Assembly (NCBI RefSeq): GCF_001194135.2
Contig: NC_068988.1
Location: forward strand, 35,912,002 to 35,976,001
Reading direction: 5' to 3'
DNA length: 64,000 bases
Origin: Octopus bimaculoides
Taxonomy: Eukaryota
Shown: positions 37,544-50,623 of the stretch, in pieces
How the letters are laid out: every line of letters starts with the position of its first letter
Numbering within the stretch: the first letter of the stretch is position 1
Notes under the pieces: model-generated
The model's database searches: none
Seen by the model: the letters and a program-made list of their open reading frames with translations, nothing else
Told to the model about the DNA's origin: nothing
Made by a program: the position numbers and the translations under genes

Positions 37544-38177
37544 TATGCTGTGTAACATGATTGAGATGAACATGCGTAGAGAATGAAGTATTTAAGCTGT
37601 TGTTGTTGTGTGACATGGTTATGGAGTTATTGTTATCAGGTGGCCACTCCGTGGTAATCCATAAATTATGTAGTATGTTGGAAGTATGATTTTAATGGAT
37701 GAGAATTATATGTATTATAAGATGATAGAATTGAGTAGAGAATTTACTGTGTGAATTTACTGTGTGATTTTTACTGTTGAGAGTACTTATGTATACTGTG
37801 TGCTACATTGATTCACTATATTTTAACTGTAACTATGGACAGCAGGTTATGTTTTATTTGTATGTTTCAATTATTATTCATTACAGTAATTATCCACATT
37901 TTGTTGATTCTGAGTTGACATTCATGGTTTCATTTTCAGTATTCTTAACATTATTGCCTTCAAAAATGGCAAAAGTGTAGCACTGTGGATTTAGCTACAT
38001 ACTGTAATTTGTTTGGATTAGTCATTATAATGTTTCAGTTGAAGAGAAAGTATAACATGTATTATATTTGCACTGACTAGTAGTACTATTTTGAGTCGAC
38101 TTGTTCTAAGACTCACAAGGTCCTGTTTATGCAGTTCTCTCAAACTTTTTATAATAATACTAGTGTATAATCATGGG

Positions 38178-38179
<2 letters not shown>

Positions 38180-38262
<83 letters not shown>
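38180..38262 (+). repeat. (GT)n microsatellite
   Basis: Direct reading. Confidence 0.98.
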
Positions 38263-38264
<2 letters not shown>

Positions 38265-40687
38265 TAGTCCCATCATTGCGATTATCATTGTTTTACAAGC
38301 TTTCTATATAGAAAGTTTTTATTTTTTGTTTCACATGCATATTTTCATTCTCTTTAATTGGTCATAGCATGTAGATATTCTCCTTCATATTCCCGTTTAT
38401 CTGAATTTGGCATGATGCAAATTATAACGTCATTGTTATTTTCTCACACACCATCCACTGAATCAGCTTTTCTCTCTAAGACGTTAGTAATTCAGGTATA
38501 GTTTCTAATCAGTGTACACTACCACTCTGTCATGCCAATATGTTTTCTCTTGAGAATATTCAATTCTCAAGTTATATTTTGTATTCTGTGTCATCACGTG
38601 TTGTAAAAATTTCAGGTTCTGAGGTTTTCAATCAATCTTAATTCAAGGTTCTAAAATTAATTTATCAAGACGTGTTGTGTTCTATCTTGTGAGTTACTTG
38701 GCTATGTAGAAGCATTTAGTGTCAACGCAACAATTTCTTGCTAAATATATTTTTAAATATTTTCTATGTGTAATGTAATCTAATGTAAGCTCTAGATTTT
38801 AAAAAAATGGGGAGTTTATCGTATTCAATTTGTATTCTACTTCAGTTTCTCTAGTATTCTGCTGTTAAGGTAGATGCGTTTTACACTAACGACTGACCCT
38901 AAATGTTCTTAATTTTTTTTTTTTAATCTTTTTACGTGCGCAAGTTATATGCAAATAAAGAAGTGAAGAAAGGGGTTGTATTCTCGCAATAACCATTCTC
39001 ACTACATGCTCTCACACAAAAGCATATATAATGGTAGGGAAAGAGAGTGAGAGAGAAAGAGGGGGGTAGAAAGAGAAAGCGAGACGACAGAGAGAGAGAG
39101 AGAGGACAGAGAGAAAGAAAGTGACAAAGAAATAGAAAGGAGGAGAGTGCAGCACTTAAATGATTGTGCTTAAGTGATACACATACATCCCTAAGCAAGC
39201 CACAAACAAACAAAAGTTACACAATTGCAGACTGGTTAAGAGAACATTCAGAGAAAAAGCAAGAATTTTTTCCATTAAATACTCATTAAGAAATGCTTAA
39301 ATCATTGAATAAACGAATGACTGAATAAACAAACGAATGACTGAATAAACAAACGAATGAATACATGAATGACTAAATGCATGAGTGAATTAAAGTTTGA
39401 AAACATCATTGAGGAGAAACGAGCTTACATAGCACTCAGCAGCTCAACTCACCCAGAGTGAGTTTCACTTCCAGACAAACAGCTCTTTTGTGTTGAATGA
39501 ATGTCTATCAGAAAGTATTTATACAGCTGTGGAGAAAATGTTCTTTATTGTTCAATGAAAGGCTGTTCTCTTACCGGTTCCTTCCGCTCTGGCATTCAGC
39601 TGGAAGCTGGGTGTCGAATGAATTGCAAACCAAACACGACAAGTGGCAAGTGATGTCAGAGTAAATGTTAGCCAAGAAAAAAACAAAAAACAAATTTGAT
39701 ATACAAATTACATGCAAGGATTATAAAACACTTGTGTATATGGGTACTTGGGGCAGAGCATGTATTTATTGCAATTGAATACAGGTGAAATTACGCTGAG
39801 TACATCTAAGTGTCTCCATTTAATATGTAAATAAACAGATGGGAATATATGCAGATACACGTACTGTCTAAATATATTCACACACACACACACACACACN
39901 NNNNNNNNNNNNNNNNNNNNNNNNNNNNNNNNNNNNNNNNNNNNNNNNNNNNNNNNNNNNNNNNNNNNNNNNNNNNNNNNNNNNNNNNNNNNNNNNNNNN
40001 NNNNNNNNNNNNNNNNNNNNNNNNNNNNNNNNNNNNNNNNNNNNNNNNNNNNNNNNNNNNNNNNNNNNNNNNNNNNNNNNNNNNNNNNNNNNNNNNNNNN
40101 NNNNNNNNNNNNNNNNNNNNNNNNNNNNNNNNNNNNNNNNNNNNNNNNNNNNNNNNNNNNNNNNNNNNNNNNNNNNNNNNNNNNNNNNNNNNNNNNNNNN
40201 NNNNNNNNNNNNNNNNNNNNNNNNNNNNNNNNNNNNNNNNNNNNNNNNNNNNNNNNNNNNNNNNNNNNNNNNNNNNNNNNNNNNNNNNNNNNNNNNNNNN
40301 NNNNNNNNNNNNNNNNNNNNNNNNNNNNNNNNNNNNNNNNNNNNNNNNNNNNNNNNNNNNNNNNNNNNNNNNNNNNNNNNNNNNNNNNNNNNNNNNNNNN
40401 NNNNNNNNNNNNNNNNNNNNNNNNNNNNNNNNNNNNNNNNNNNNNNNNNNNNNNNATATATATATATATATATATATATAGATATATATTATATTATATT
40501 ACAGAAATTTCTGTAATATATATATTACATAAATACACTTACTGAAAACAAAAGGTATATCACACACACACACATACACACACACATACACACACACACA
40601 CGCACACGCACGCACACACGCACACACAAACACACACACAGAAGTTATTTTATTAAAGATTTTACTGGTTTCACAGTTTACACGGAT

Positions 40688-40930
40688 TTTCAAAAAAAGT
40701 TCACATTGAAAGACATGGCTTATGTCGCAGCTGTCTTGCTTCTGCCTAATATTTGAAGCTTGCCCTATTTTAATAGGGAGTTCATGGCTCAAATTAGTAT
40801 GATCTGAATGGGACTTGATTGGTAGACGATAGTCGAATGACAGGTCGTAGAAATTTTTGTAAGCTTCCAGCTACATCCGTGTGTTAGTATCGAGTGACAA
40901 TGTCTGGCGTCGTAAGTTACGGCTGAAACG
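40688..40930 (+). repeat. Unclassified dispersed repeat (family also at 47468-47842)
   Basis: TTGAAGCTT..GGGAGTTCATGGCTCAAATT..GATTGGTAGAC..GGCGTCGTAA is shared with 47468-47700. Confidence 0.8.
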
Positions 40931-41197
40931 GTTGACTGAGCATATTTAGTGACTGTACCAAACAATCGCTGCTCTGAATGTTTTCTATCAAATGTTTGTA
41001 GAGAATGAATACGTGATTAAATTTAGAACTTTTTATGAATTTCTTGCTATGTCCCTACGTTAGTATACTTTCCGCCTAAAATGAAGTCCGACACTGTTGA
41101 GTGAACATGTTTGGTTACAATCAAGGCATTCTAGGAGAGTGGGCAAGAAAATCGCTTTTATGTAGTCCAGTGGCCAATGGTTAGGTTTGTAGGTTCC

Positions 41198-41265
<68 letters not shown>

Positions 41266-41321
41266 NNNNNNNNNNNNNNNNNNNNNNNNNNNNNNNNNNN
41301 NNNNNNNNNNNNNNNNNNNNN

Positions 41322-41352
<31 letters not shown>

Positions 41353-41369
41353 ACTATTGCTCCCAGCAA

Positions 41370-41910
41370 TTGTCCCCAACCAGTGCAAAATTAATTGCAA
41401 AATTTGGGGAAATCCACCGAAGCTACACGAAGATAGCCTCCATGCAGCATGTAAGCTACTGGGAAAGTCTCAAGAGATTAAGACTCTATTCCTTAGAGTG
41501 TAGATGAGAAAGATATACCATAATATACGTGGAAAATTCTGGAGTTCCCAAATTCGAGTTACATTAATATTAGAACAGGGCGCCACTGCATAGTGCTAAG
41601 GACTCTAGATTTGCCATGAAGATATAGGACAAAATACTGCAACAGCCTGGGCTTTATGGGATCGCATCTGTTCAGTACGCTCCCGAATGACTTGAGAGAC
41701 CTACATGGCATGGATATAGGTGTTTTCAAAACGAATCTGTCAAGTGTCTCATATGAACCAACTTCACAGCAGGAAGTGCTGATGAGAGCAGCCGCATTAA
41801 ACTCCCTCATTCACCAAATGCCAATTTCTAAAACGAATTAGTGAAGTAAAATTACGTAACAACACCAAATTGCCGTGCCCCAGCAAAGCCACAGCTCATG
41901 AGTTGGAACT
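41370..41910 (+). mobile_element. 3' end of a CR1-clade LINE
   Basis: SYWESLKRLRLYSLECR*ERYTIIY matches the YWERLK.L.LYSL.RRRERY motif; ends in a short GATCAAATCA-type repeat. Confidence 0.8.
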
Positions 41911-41931
41911 AGATCAAATCAGATCAATACG

Positions 41932-42032
41932 TTATTAGGGCGTGCGGACTGAAATTATTCACCTGTGTTCGCATCGCTATGTGCACAGGGAATTTCCTTC
42001 AAATTAAGAAGCATTAAGTAATCTGATAAGCT
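41932..42032 (+). repeat. Second copy of the 100-bp hairpin repeat
   Basis: Near-identical core to 36524-36616. Confidence 0.8.
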
Positions 42033-42309
42033 GTATTTATGTGTTGTGATCCAGAATTGGGTACGGTACGTATGGCCAGTGGCCCTAGCCTCGGAGGAAT
42101 TTTGAAGCTAATGTTGATGTCCTTTGGGCAATGTTGATGTTATATTCTCCACATCGTGCAAATGATGTATCGTTCACGGTGGAACTGAAGAGAATAAAGT
42201 TTCAATGCTTTAAGGCGGTCCCAATAATGGAGATCAGGCATGCCATTAATTCTTTAAGTGAATGTCCTCTAGGGCGATTCAGCTTTCGAAATGGTTTGTT
42301 TCGGATGGA

Positions 42310-44720
42310 GAGACAACAGAGGGCAGCGGTTTTCGACGTGTGGTCGTAAAAAGGATGATGAAAGGGAAATGATGACACCTTGTTCTCTGGACCGGACGGT
42401 TCTTAGGATCCATGAGTTCATCCTACAAGCTGTATCCACTTTACAGCTGATGTGGGCACTCCAGCTGAGATTGTTGTCAGCAATTACTCCTAGTTATCTG
42501 ATATTATTAGATGCTATGAGTGGTTCCCCTGAATGAAGTGAGTATGGTTGTTTTAGCAGCCTTTCTTCCAAAATGCATCAGCTAAATTTTTCCCTCATTT
42601 AGCTGCATTTTGTTTTTGTCTGCTCGTGTTTTTGTCACAGCATGTCTATCAGATTGGACTTCAGTTCGGGCTTTTTTTCCATTGATAATTGTTTGGAGTC
42701 ATCAGCGAATATTTTCACTTTGGAGTGTTTTATGACCCCATGAAATGTCGTTTATATAGACTAGAAATAGATGCGAGCCCAAGACAGTACCCTGGGGGAC
42801 ACCACTGGTGATTTTTGCTGAGCTTGAGTGGATTCCACCAATCACAACATGTGTTCTGTTCTTCCGGAAATACTCAATCCAGTGTAGTAGTTTTACGCGA
42901 ATTCCAACATTTGACAATTTTGACAGTAGGATATTGTGGTCGACTCTACCGGAAGCTTTACTAGGGTCATGATATATGATATCAGAATTCGAACCTGATC
43001 CTAAGGCTTTAAGGACAATCGATGTGGTGTAAGAACTGTATTAGGCTGTCCCTGCAGCTGCAAAAGCCATGCTGGTTTGAATGTAGGAGATTGTGGTTCT
43101 CCAAGAAGCCAGCTATGCTTGATCTCACCACTCTTTCTAACACTTTAATGATATTGGAGTTGACTGCGAGCGACCTGTTTCCCTGTTTGAAAACCGGAAT
43201 TACAGACTGGGATAAGAACTTTTTCGGTATATAACCTGAATCTAAAGAATTTCTCCAGAGGTCGGTTAGAGTAACTGCAGGTAGGTGTCTTCTGTCCTTC
43301 AGTAGACTAGTAGGTAATCTATCAGGGCCTACAGCAGAACAATATTTCATCTCATTTAATACTGCTATGATGTCTGAAGCAGTAAAGATTATGTTCGAGA
43401 TGATATGATGGGAATCGACTTCGTTCATATCTCTTACGTCAATATCAGTGGGATCACTAAAGGCAGAGCAGTATTGTTTCTGCTGTACTTCTGCTATGCC
43501 TTTAGCATCATGCTGGAGAATGCCGTTATCATCGATCAGTGTAATAATGGGTGAGACAGCGGTCGAATGATTATTTGCATATAAATAGAACGCATTTGGG
43601 TTCAGTTTGAAATTTTTTACTACTCACTATTCCTCTGCAGCTCTTTGATTTTCAATGCGGATTTTCATGTTAGTCTGTAGATGAAATTTTTCCAACTCCA
43701 GCCTTTTAATTGTTGCTGAATATGGATGCTGTATGTGGGAGAATTATAACTGGTTGATTTTAAAAATTAAATCATTTTATGCTCCCGATGAGTGTTATTT
43801 TGCTCTGTAAGAAGCCTGTTTCTGTTTGTGCTAGTGAATTTCGTAGGAGCGTATTTTGCGCATCTATAGGTGACACTGTCCTCAAAGTACTGCCATGTGG
43901 CTTCAATATCAGTGGAACTGAGAGTCAAGGACCAGTTGATAAAGGACAGATACTTTCTGAATGCTCCCCAGTCAGCTTTCTGGAAGTTTTTGTTGCCAAA
44001 TATGTGCAGTGGAGTGGAAATGACTAGTTTGGCTTAGAAATGCCGGAAATCAAAGTTGCAGAGGTCCTGGAGGAGAGTCTTTTCAACTGAAATGCTGTGA
44101 ATAGAGCTAGGGTAGTTTGTTAATATCCGATCGAAGATAGTTTTATTCTCTCTCGTTGGTTCGAGCACTAGCTGTGTCAAGAAAAAATTCATCCGTAGAT
44201 TAAAGGGTAATTCTGCTGTTGCTTTGTCTGGTGTAGTGTCGTCGCCTAACTTTTGAGTATTTGTCGGCCAGTTTACACAAGGGAGGTTAAAATCACCCAT
44301 CACCAGTATGTTTCCAGAGTTATATTTTTGCAGGAAGGACTTGATTTTGCTGAAGCTTTATTCAAAGCACTTTAGAGGTGCTTTGATGGGTGTGTAGAAA
44401 CCAACAATGGTTATATCGTTGGCTTTGTTGAATAATGATATGGATCCACAGTAGCCATTACACTGGAAAATATGTCCTTTGCATCAACTGTAAATAAATC
44501 ATGGAGGAAAATGGCTGTTTTTCCTTTATTTCGGTCTGTGCAATATGCACAGATGATGGTGAAATCTTTTATTTTCACCTCGGCATCCATATGAGTGCTG
44601 TTTATCTGAATTTCAGTAAGGATAAAGAAAGAGACGCAGTGTGCCGTTGCGGCAAACCAACGCTCTCTATATGAGATCTTCCATTTTCAGGGAATGAGTG
44701 ATGGGTTGTTGTCATGTGCA
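42310..44720 (-). mobile_element. CR1-clade LINE ORF2 remnant (APE endonuclease + RT)
   Basis: APE: FILTEIQ, MMGDFNLP, LTQLVLEPTR..FDRILTN. RT: AVGPD, VIPVFKQG, IKVLERVV, SNQHGF, SGVPQGTVLGSHLFLVYINDI, LGVIADNNLSWSAHI. Confidence 0.92.
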
Positions 44721-45769
44721 TTTAGCAGAAATGTCGAGGCAAGTGTAGTTTGATGTTTGGATTGTTCTAAGTGCTTAGGCTTATGTGATATGTTGTTTAA
44801 TGGAAGCAGTGAAAGTAGATGTTGTATGGAGCTGTATGTATAGAGTAATGTTGTAGTTGATGGTGGGTGTATATATATATTGACATGTATGACATTCTGA
44901 ATACCATATTTATGTAAGCGTGTGGAGAATAATCTTATACACTTGAAAAATATATTTGCAGTATAATCCAACAAACAAGCAATGCTATTTATTTCTCGCA
45001 GCGTTTGGCTTCCGTTCTGCCTCGCTTTTACTGCCAAATCTTACGTTGCTAAATAATTGAAGCGGAGTTTCCAGTATTCCAGCATATGAAAGATTTAGTG
45101 CTTAAAATTAATGAAAGATGACATTTATAAGATTTTGTTTGCGAGAGGAGAAATGTTATTCATAAACAAAAAATAGAGAAACGGACGGCAAGTATGTGAT
45201 TTCATGGCTGATATGTTGTATCGAATGAAACCAGTTCCAGACACGATAGAAGAAGAGTACTTGAGTAGGTTGTTGATGGAAATATTTGTAAAATTTGATT
45301 GCTTTCGTATAAAACTATTCATATGGTCAAAAAGAGAGCTTTTAATATCATCATTTATCAAATATCCTGGCTAATGTCAAGTAGTATCATTATCCTAATA
45401 CAATTCTCGAGAAATATGGATAACGTGTGTATGCATTAATGGTTCAGTGTCCGATTCGATAATATATTATATACGAAGTAAATATCAGAGTGTAGTGTAC
45501 AAAGCCATTCCGTGTATATAATAATTGGAAGCATTTATCTGAATTCAGTATTTAGAAAGTGTATATGTCTGTCAGTCTGTCTATCTATCTATCTATTTCT
45601 ATTTATTTATCTATTTTTCTACCAATCTGCCTGTCTGATTGTCTGTGTATCTGTCTACGTACACACTGACACACACACATATACATATATATGCGTATGT
45701 TTGTATATATACACATATATATATACAGGTAAATGTATGTATATGTATATACACACACAAGTACATATA

Positions 45770-45800
<31 letters not shown>

Positions 45801-46399
45801 GTGTATGCGCGCGTGCGTGTGTAAGTGTATGTATATGCATGTTTGTACATACAAATTTTACTATTCGACGTATGAAAAAAATGTACATTTGTAACGTATG
45901 AACCTCTCAAGAGCTGTAACAATGAAATTTTTTAATCTCATAGTTCAGAGATGAAAACGATCTAAAGAACAACGTTTGCAAAATCTGACCTTAACCTAGG
46001 AGTAGATGATGCGCCGAAAACATTTCTATTGCGTTCAGTATGAATTGCTTATCTTCAACTAGCAACCGACTGGATACCAACGCTGGTTCCGAAGCATGAA
46101 GATACCAAAATCTTGCCCTCAGTCACTAAAAAACTGAACAAAAAAACAACCTTCCGTAAATGCAGTTAGACGAACCAGTACCCCAATAAAATGCATTCCC
46201 TTTTGACAAAGCAATCACGTAAAAAAAAATAAGCCTCCAATAGACTAAGGAGAAATTGGAGCATGGTAATCACCCAAGTAGTGATAGTGACCCTAATATA
46301 GAACAAACCCTTGAATATCAGCGGCTCATATGCTCTAATCACAAACGAGAGACTGAGGAGTATGACTCTGCCTTCCAACTGGGAATGCCAACACTAATG

Positions 46400-46860
46400 T
46401 TCTGAAACGTGAAAAGAACCAGCCAAATGTGCCGCGTAAGCAGTGATCAACCAGAGACAATTGACAACATAATCTCTAGATGTGGTCGACTGACACCAAT
46501 AGAGTACTTGCAAAAATATGACAGCACCGCTAGAATATACCCTGGGCAATACACCGTACATACCATACCACCTCTCTCAAAAAGACAATTAGAGGGAACC
46601 AAAACTAGCATAAGTTGTCCACAATGATGAGTATACTATCCCTCTGAAATTCCGTGTGCAGACTGATCGACAACTACTGGGCAACCGTTTAGCTATTAAA
46701 AAAAAAATCATGTTGAAAAAAACTTGTCTTTGGATTGTTGTTGCGATTGTTGTTGCAGGAGAATAAAGTTCACCAGCAGTGGTGGCATTGCTAAGTAAAC
46801 ATATCTGCGTCTTTGGACTATATTTTTGAAAAATGATATACAGGACAAATAGCACAGTTT
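46400..46860 (+). mobile_element. R4/Dong-like C-terminal fragment (CCHC + REL), degenerate
   Basis: CRVSSDQPETIDNIISRCGRLTPIEYLQKYD and VQTDRQLLGNRLAI resemble CR.C..ETI.HI.SGC..LA..EY..RHD and QTDR.I.ANRPDI. Confidence 0.7.
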
Positions 46861-47050
46861 ATTAGGCTTTCTACAATGTTTCTGCTATGTGACGTAGAGG
46901 CTCCTATTTCAAACTAGTACTGATTCAGTCTCACATATTTAATTTTTATTCAGTACGCCTGCTAATTGCGATATTAGTGATTCTTCATTCACTCTCTTAC
47001 TATTTTTTAGCATCTAATTTTATCTTAGCAAGTGATTATCAGAGAACGGT

Positions 47051-47095
47051 TGCTACTGACGAAGCCCAACAGGCGGAAATGTTCATTTAACAGTA
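47051..47095 (+). ncRNA. Degenerate hammerhead-like motif (HHR-3), cut off by an N-gap
   Basis: CUGACGA-A-GCC-(CAACA)-GGC-GGAAA-UGUU-(CAUUU)-AACA-GUA, then the gap. GGAAA is two substitutions from GAAAC. The helix I 3' strand is not visible. Confidence 0.45.
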
Positions 47096-47467
47096 NNNNN
47101 NNNNNNNNNNNNNNNNNNNNNNNNNNNNNNNNNNNNNNNNNNNNNNNNNNNNNNNNNNNNNNNNNNNNNNNNNNNNNNNNNNNNNNNNNNNNNNNNNNNN
47201 NNNNNNNNNNNNNNNNNNNNNNNNNNNNNNNNNNNNNNNNNNNNNNNNNNNNNNNNNNNNNNNNNNNNNNNNNNNNNNNNNNNNNNNNNNNNNNNNNNNN
47301 NNNNNNNNNNNNNNNNNNNNNNNNNNNNNNNNNNNNNNNNNNNNNNNATATATATATATATATAAAGAAAAATAGTTAAGAAGTTAACAATGCATGGAGA
47401 ATAGTTAAAATATTCTTTATTAATATATTTAAAGCTTTAAGCGGTTTCACAACACAATTGACACTGA

Positions 47468-47842
47468 TTTTCAAAAAGTTCAAATAGAAAAATGTGGCTA
47501 ACGTCACAACCGCCATGCTTCTAAATAGTGGTTGAAGCTTATCCTATTTTTAGAGGGAGTTCATGGCTCAAATTGGTATATGTGTTAAACAGGATTTGAT
47601 TGGTAGACAATAGTCACATGACTGGCCTTAGAAATTTTTATAGGTTCCCCGATACGTCTGTGTGCTAGTATTAAGTAACAATGTTTGGCGTCGTAAATTA
47701 AGGCTTAACTTAACGTCCTAGGTTAAGGTGCCGTAAAAGTTTTTGAGACTTGTCATGTGATTATCGTCTACCAAACAAATCGTATTTAAAACATACACTA
47801 ATCTGAGCCATGAACTCCTTATACAAAAAGGGCAAGCTTCAA
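47468..47842. repeat. Dispersed repeat with an inverted partial copy (arms about 47532-47640 and 47734-47842)
   Basis: GGAGTTCATGGCTCAAATTGG..GGTAGAC..GTCACATGAC faces GTCATGTGA..GTCTACC..CTAATCTGAGCCATGAACTCC..AAGCTTCAA. Confidence 0.8.
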
Positions 47843-48052
47843 ACACATATATATATATATATATGTTCATGATTTTTAACATTGTACGTCTATAAAAGAT
47901 ACCTTAACAGGAAGAATAGTAGAGTAAATTAGGCTTTTACCGATGCATTGACATTACGTATGATACGGAAAATTGAAGATTGCTAATTTTCAATAAATGT
48001 ACGGCGAAACACTATGTTTTCTTTACACCAAATACACTTGCAATATAGGGGT

Positions 48053-48096
<44 letters not shown>

Positions 48097-50587
48097 CATA
48101 CATACATACATACATACATACATACATACGTACGTACACACAAACGTGCATGTGAGAATGATTTGGGTTTACACACAATTACCACTGTGTCGCTCAAACG
48201 AACTAATTTTTAAATATAATCGAAAAATGATTCACTCCACTGAAGTATTTCGTTGAATAATTATAATTTTTCTTTAGATGGACAAACATAATTTAAAAAC
48301 TGCTACTGTTATTAAAGGTTTGTAGGTACGTTGCGTAAAGTAGAGTTTCGTTTCTATCATTACAATAAAACTGATTATTTCGCTCATCAGGACAACTACA
48401 ACATGACACAATAATTGTAAATGGTGTCATACAGAAGGAGCTAATTCCAAAAAATGAGAGTTGCAAACACCAAAATTTGCACCATAGAGCTAGATTTGAC
48501 CACTTTTCTGAACACTAGTTTCAATCCGTTGAGTAGATATTGTAAACTGTTGAATGCCATTGCCAACTTAGAGCAAAGAGAATGAAGCTGTGAACTGGAG
48601 AGAAGTGCAACAAATAGAAATACTTATAGATACATAGGCACATTTATACACACACATACACTCACAAATATACTTAAGTGATAGAGAGGGGGAAGAGAAG
48701 GAAAGTCGGTGGGAGAAAGAGAGGGGGAGGGGGTCTATGAGTAAGAAATATTAATTTCATTAGTATAATTCCAATCAAATTCCGGTATTAATCGAGTTGA
48801 TTCCAGTTGAAACAATCACTGTTGAATTAATTGTTTCTCCTGACGGTCTAAATGTAAATATAAGCAATGCTTCACTATTTTACAAAATTACTGGCATTAA
48901 ACTTCTCATGTGTGTTCACATGCCTTCCTGTGTAGGTCTGCGTATATATATATATATATNNNNNNNNNNNNNNNNNNNNNNNNNNNNNNNNNNNNNNNNN
49001 NNNNNNNNNNNNNNNNNNNNNNNNNNNNNNNNNNNNNNNNNNNNNNNNNNNNNNNNNNNNNNNNNNNNNNNNNNNNNNNNNNNNNNNNNNNNNNNNNNNN
49101 NNNNNNNNNNNNNNNNNNNNNNNNNNNNNNNNNNNNNNNNNNNNNNNNNNNNNNNNNNNNNNNNNNNNNNNNNNNNNNNNNNNNNNNNNNNNNNNNNNNN
49201 NNNNNNNNNNNNNNNNNNNNNNNNNNNNNNNNNNNNNNNNNNNNNNNNNNNNNNNNNNNNNNNNNNNNNNNNNNNNNNNNNNNNNNNNNNNNNNNNNNNN
49301 NNNNNNNNNNNNNNNNNNNNNNNNNNNNNNNNNNNNNNNNNNNNNNNNNNNNNNNNNNNNNNNNNNNNNNNNNNNNNNNNNNNNNNNNNNNNNNNNNNNN
49401 NNNNNNNNNNNNNNNNNNNNNNNNNNNNNNNNNNNNNNNNNNNNNNNNNNNNNNNNNNNNNNNNNNNNNNNNNNNNNNNNNNNNNNNNNNNNNNNNNNNN
49501 NNNNNNNNNNNNNNNNNNNNNNNNNNNNNNNNNNNNNNNNNNNNNNNNNNNNNNNNNNNNNNNNNNNNNNNNNNNNNNNNNNNNNNNNNNNNNNNNNNNN
49601 NNNNNNNNNNNNNNNNNNNNNNNNNNNNNNNNNNNNNNNNNNNNNNNNNNNNNNNNNNNNNNNNNNNNNNNNNNNNNNNNNNNNNNNNNNNNNNNNNNNN
49701 NNNNNNNNNNNATTTTAATACTACATTCATATATACATACATACTCACAACCAGACACGCACACACACGCACGCATATGATGTATACATACATACCTACA
49801 TGCATATACACACACAGGCACATTCATACATATATACTTGTTTTATTTTTAAACTGATTATGTGCGCTTTCAATTAATAACGAAAGACTGCATGTAGCGT
49901 TAATTACTTCACTACTAACAACGCCCACCAGAGTAGCTGCTGCTATAGAATTGTAGAATGGGAGAGACAATACTATTGAACAGAATAGAAACATCAGTCC
50001 TCTCTGCACTTATAATTCTGCAATTAGAAACTATGCCAGCACTAGCATTATTGAGAGTTCTTTTTGGTTAAAACAAAAACATCTAAAAGAAAAAAATAAT
50101 GTTTGCTTGTCGTTTGAAAAGAAGCATTAACCATATCGAGACACACATATCGAAACCATTCATATTCATTTGAATAAAATAAAATGAAATATAGCACGAT
50201 ATAGAATCAATAGAGATCGAAATATTCAATATATCTGTATATTAGAAGGTAGGTGATTTCACGAAAGCTGAAGGCGGGAAATACATTAGCTGCTCAATAA
50301 ATCGCTGTAGTAATTTCTTTGATCTGCAAGTTAACAGGACAGAGAGATTACAAGGACGCACAGTTTTTATATGAATGGTTTAGAGAAATGGAATAATCTT
50401 TGTATAAGTTTATACAAAGAGAAATAATAATACTACAGAAAATGTAAAACCACAAATTGAAATTAATTTCTCTTTTCTCTTCACCTCTTTCTAAATTTTC
50501 TATATGTCTCTAGCTGATGCCAACTTATAAATTCTGTTTATGACACATGAAAAATGTTCCGATAATATGCTATTATTGCTTGTGATA

Positions 50588-50623
<36 letters not shown>

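Noticed and set aside
39310-39360. Short tandem repeats: a 20-bp unit here, a 27-bp duplication at about 7654-7707 and a 13-bp duplication at 37740-37767
   Set aside because: Ordinary slippage duplications without unique spacers; not CRISPR-like.
41775-41805. CTGATGAGAGCAGCC in the CR1 3' end
   Set aside because: No downstream GAAA or NUH.
45205-45378. Protein-like 57-codon frame MADMLYRMKPVPDTIEEEY
   Set aside because: No recognisable family or splice support.
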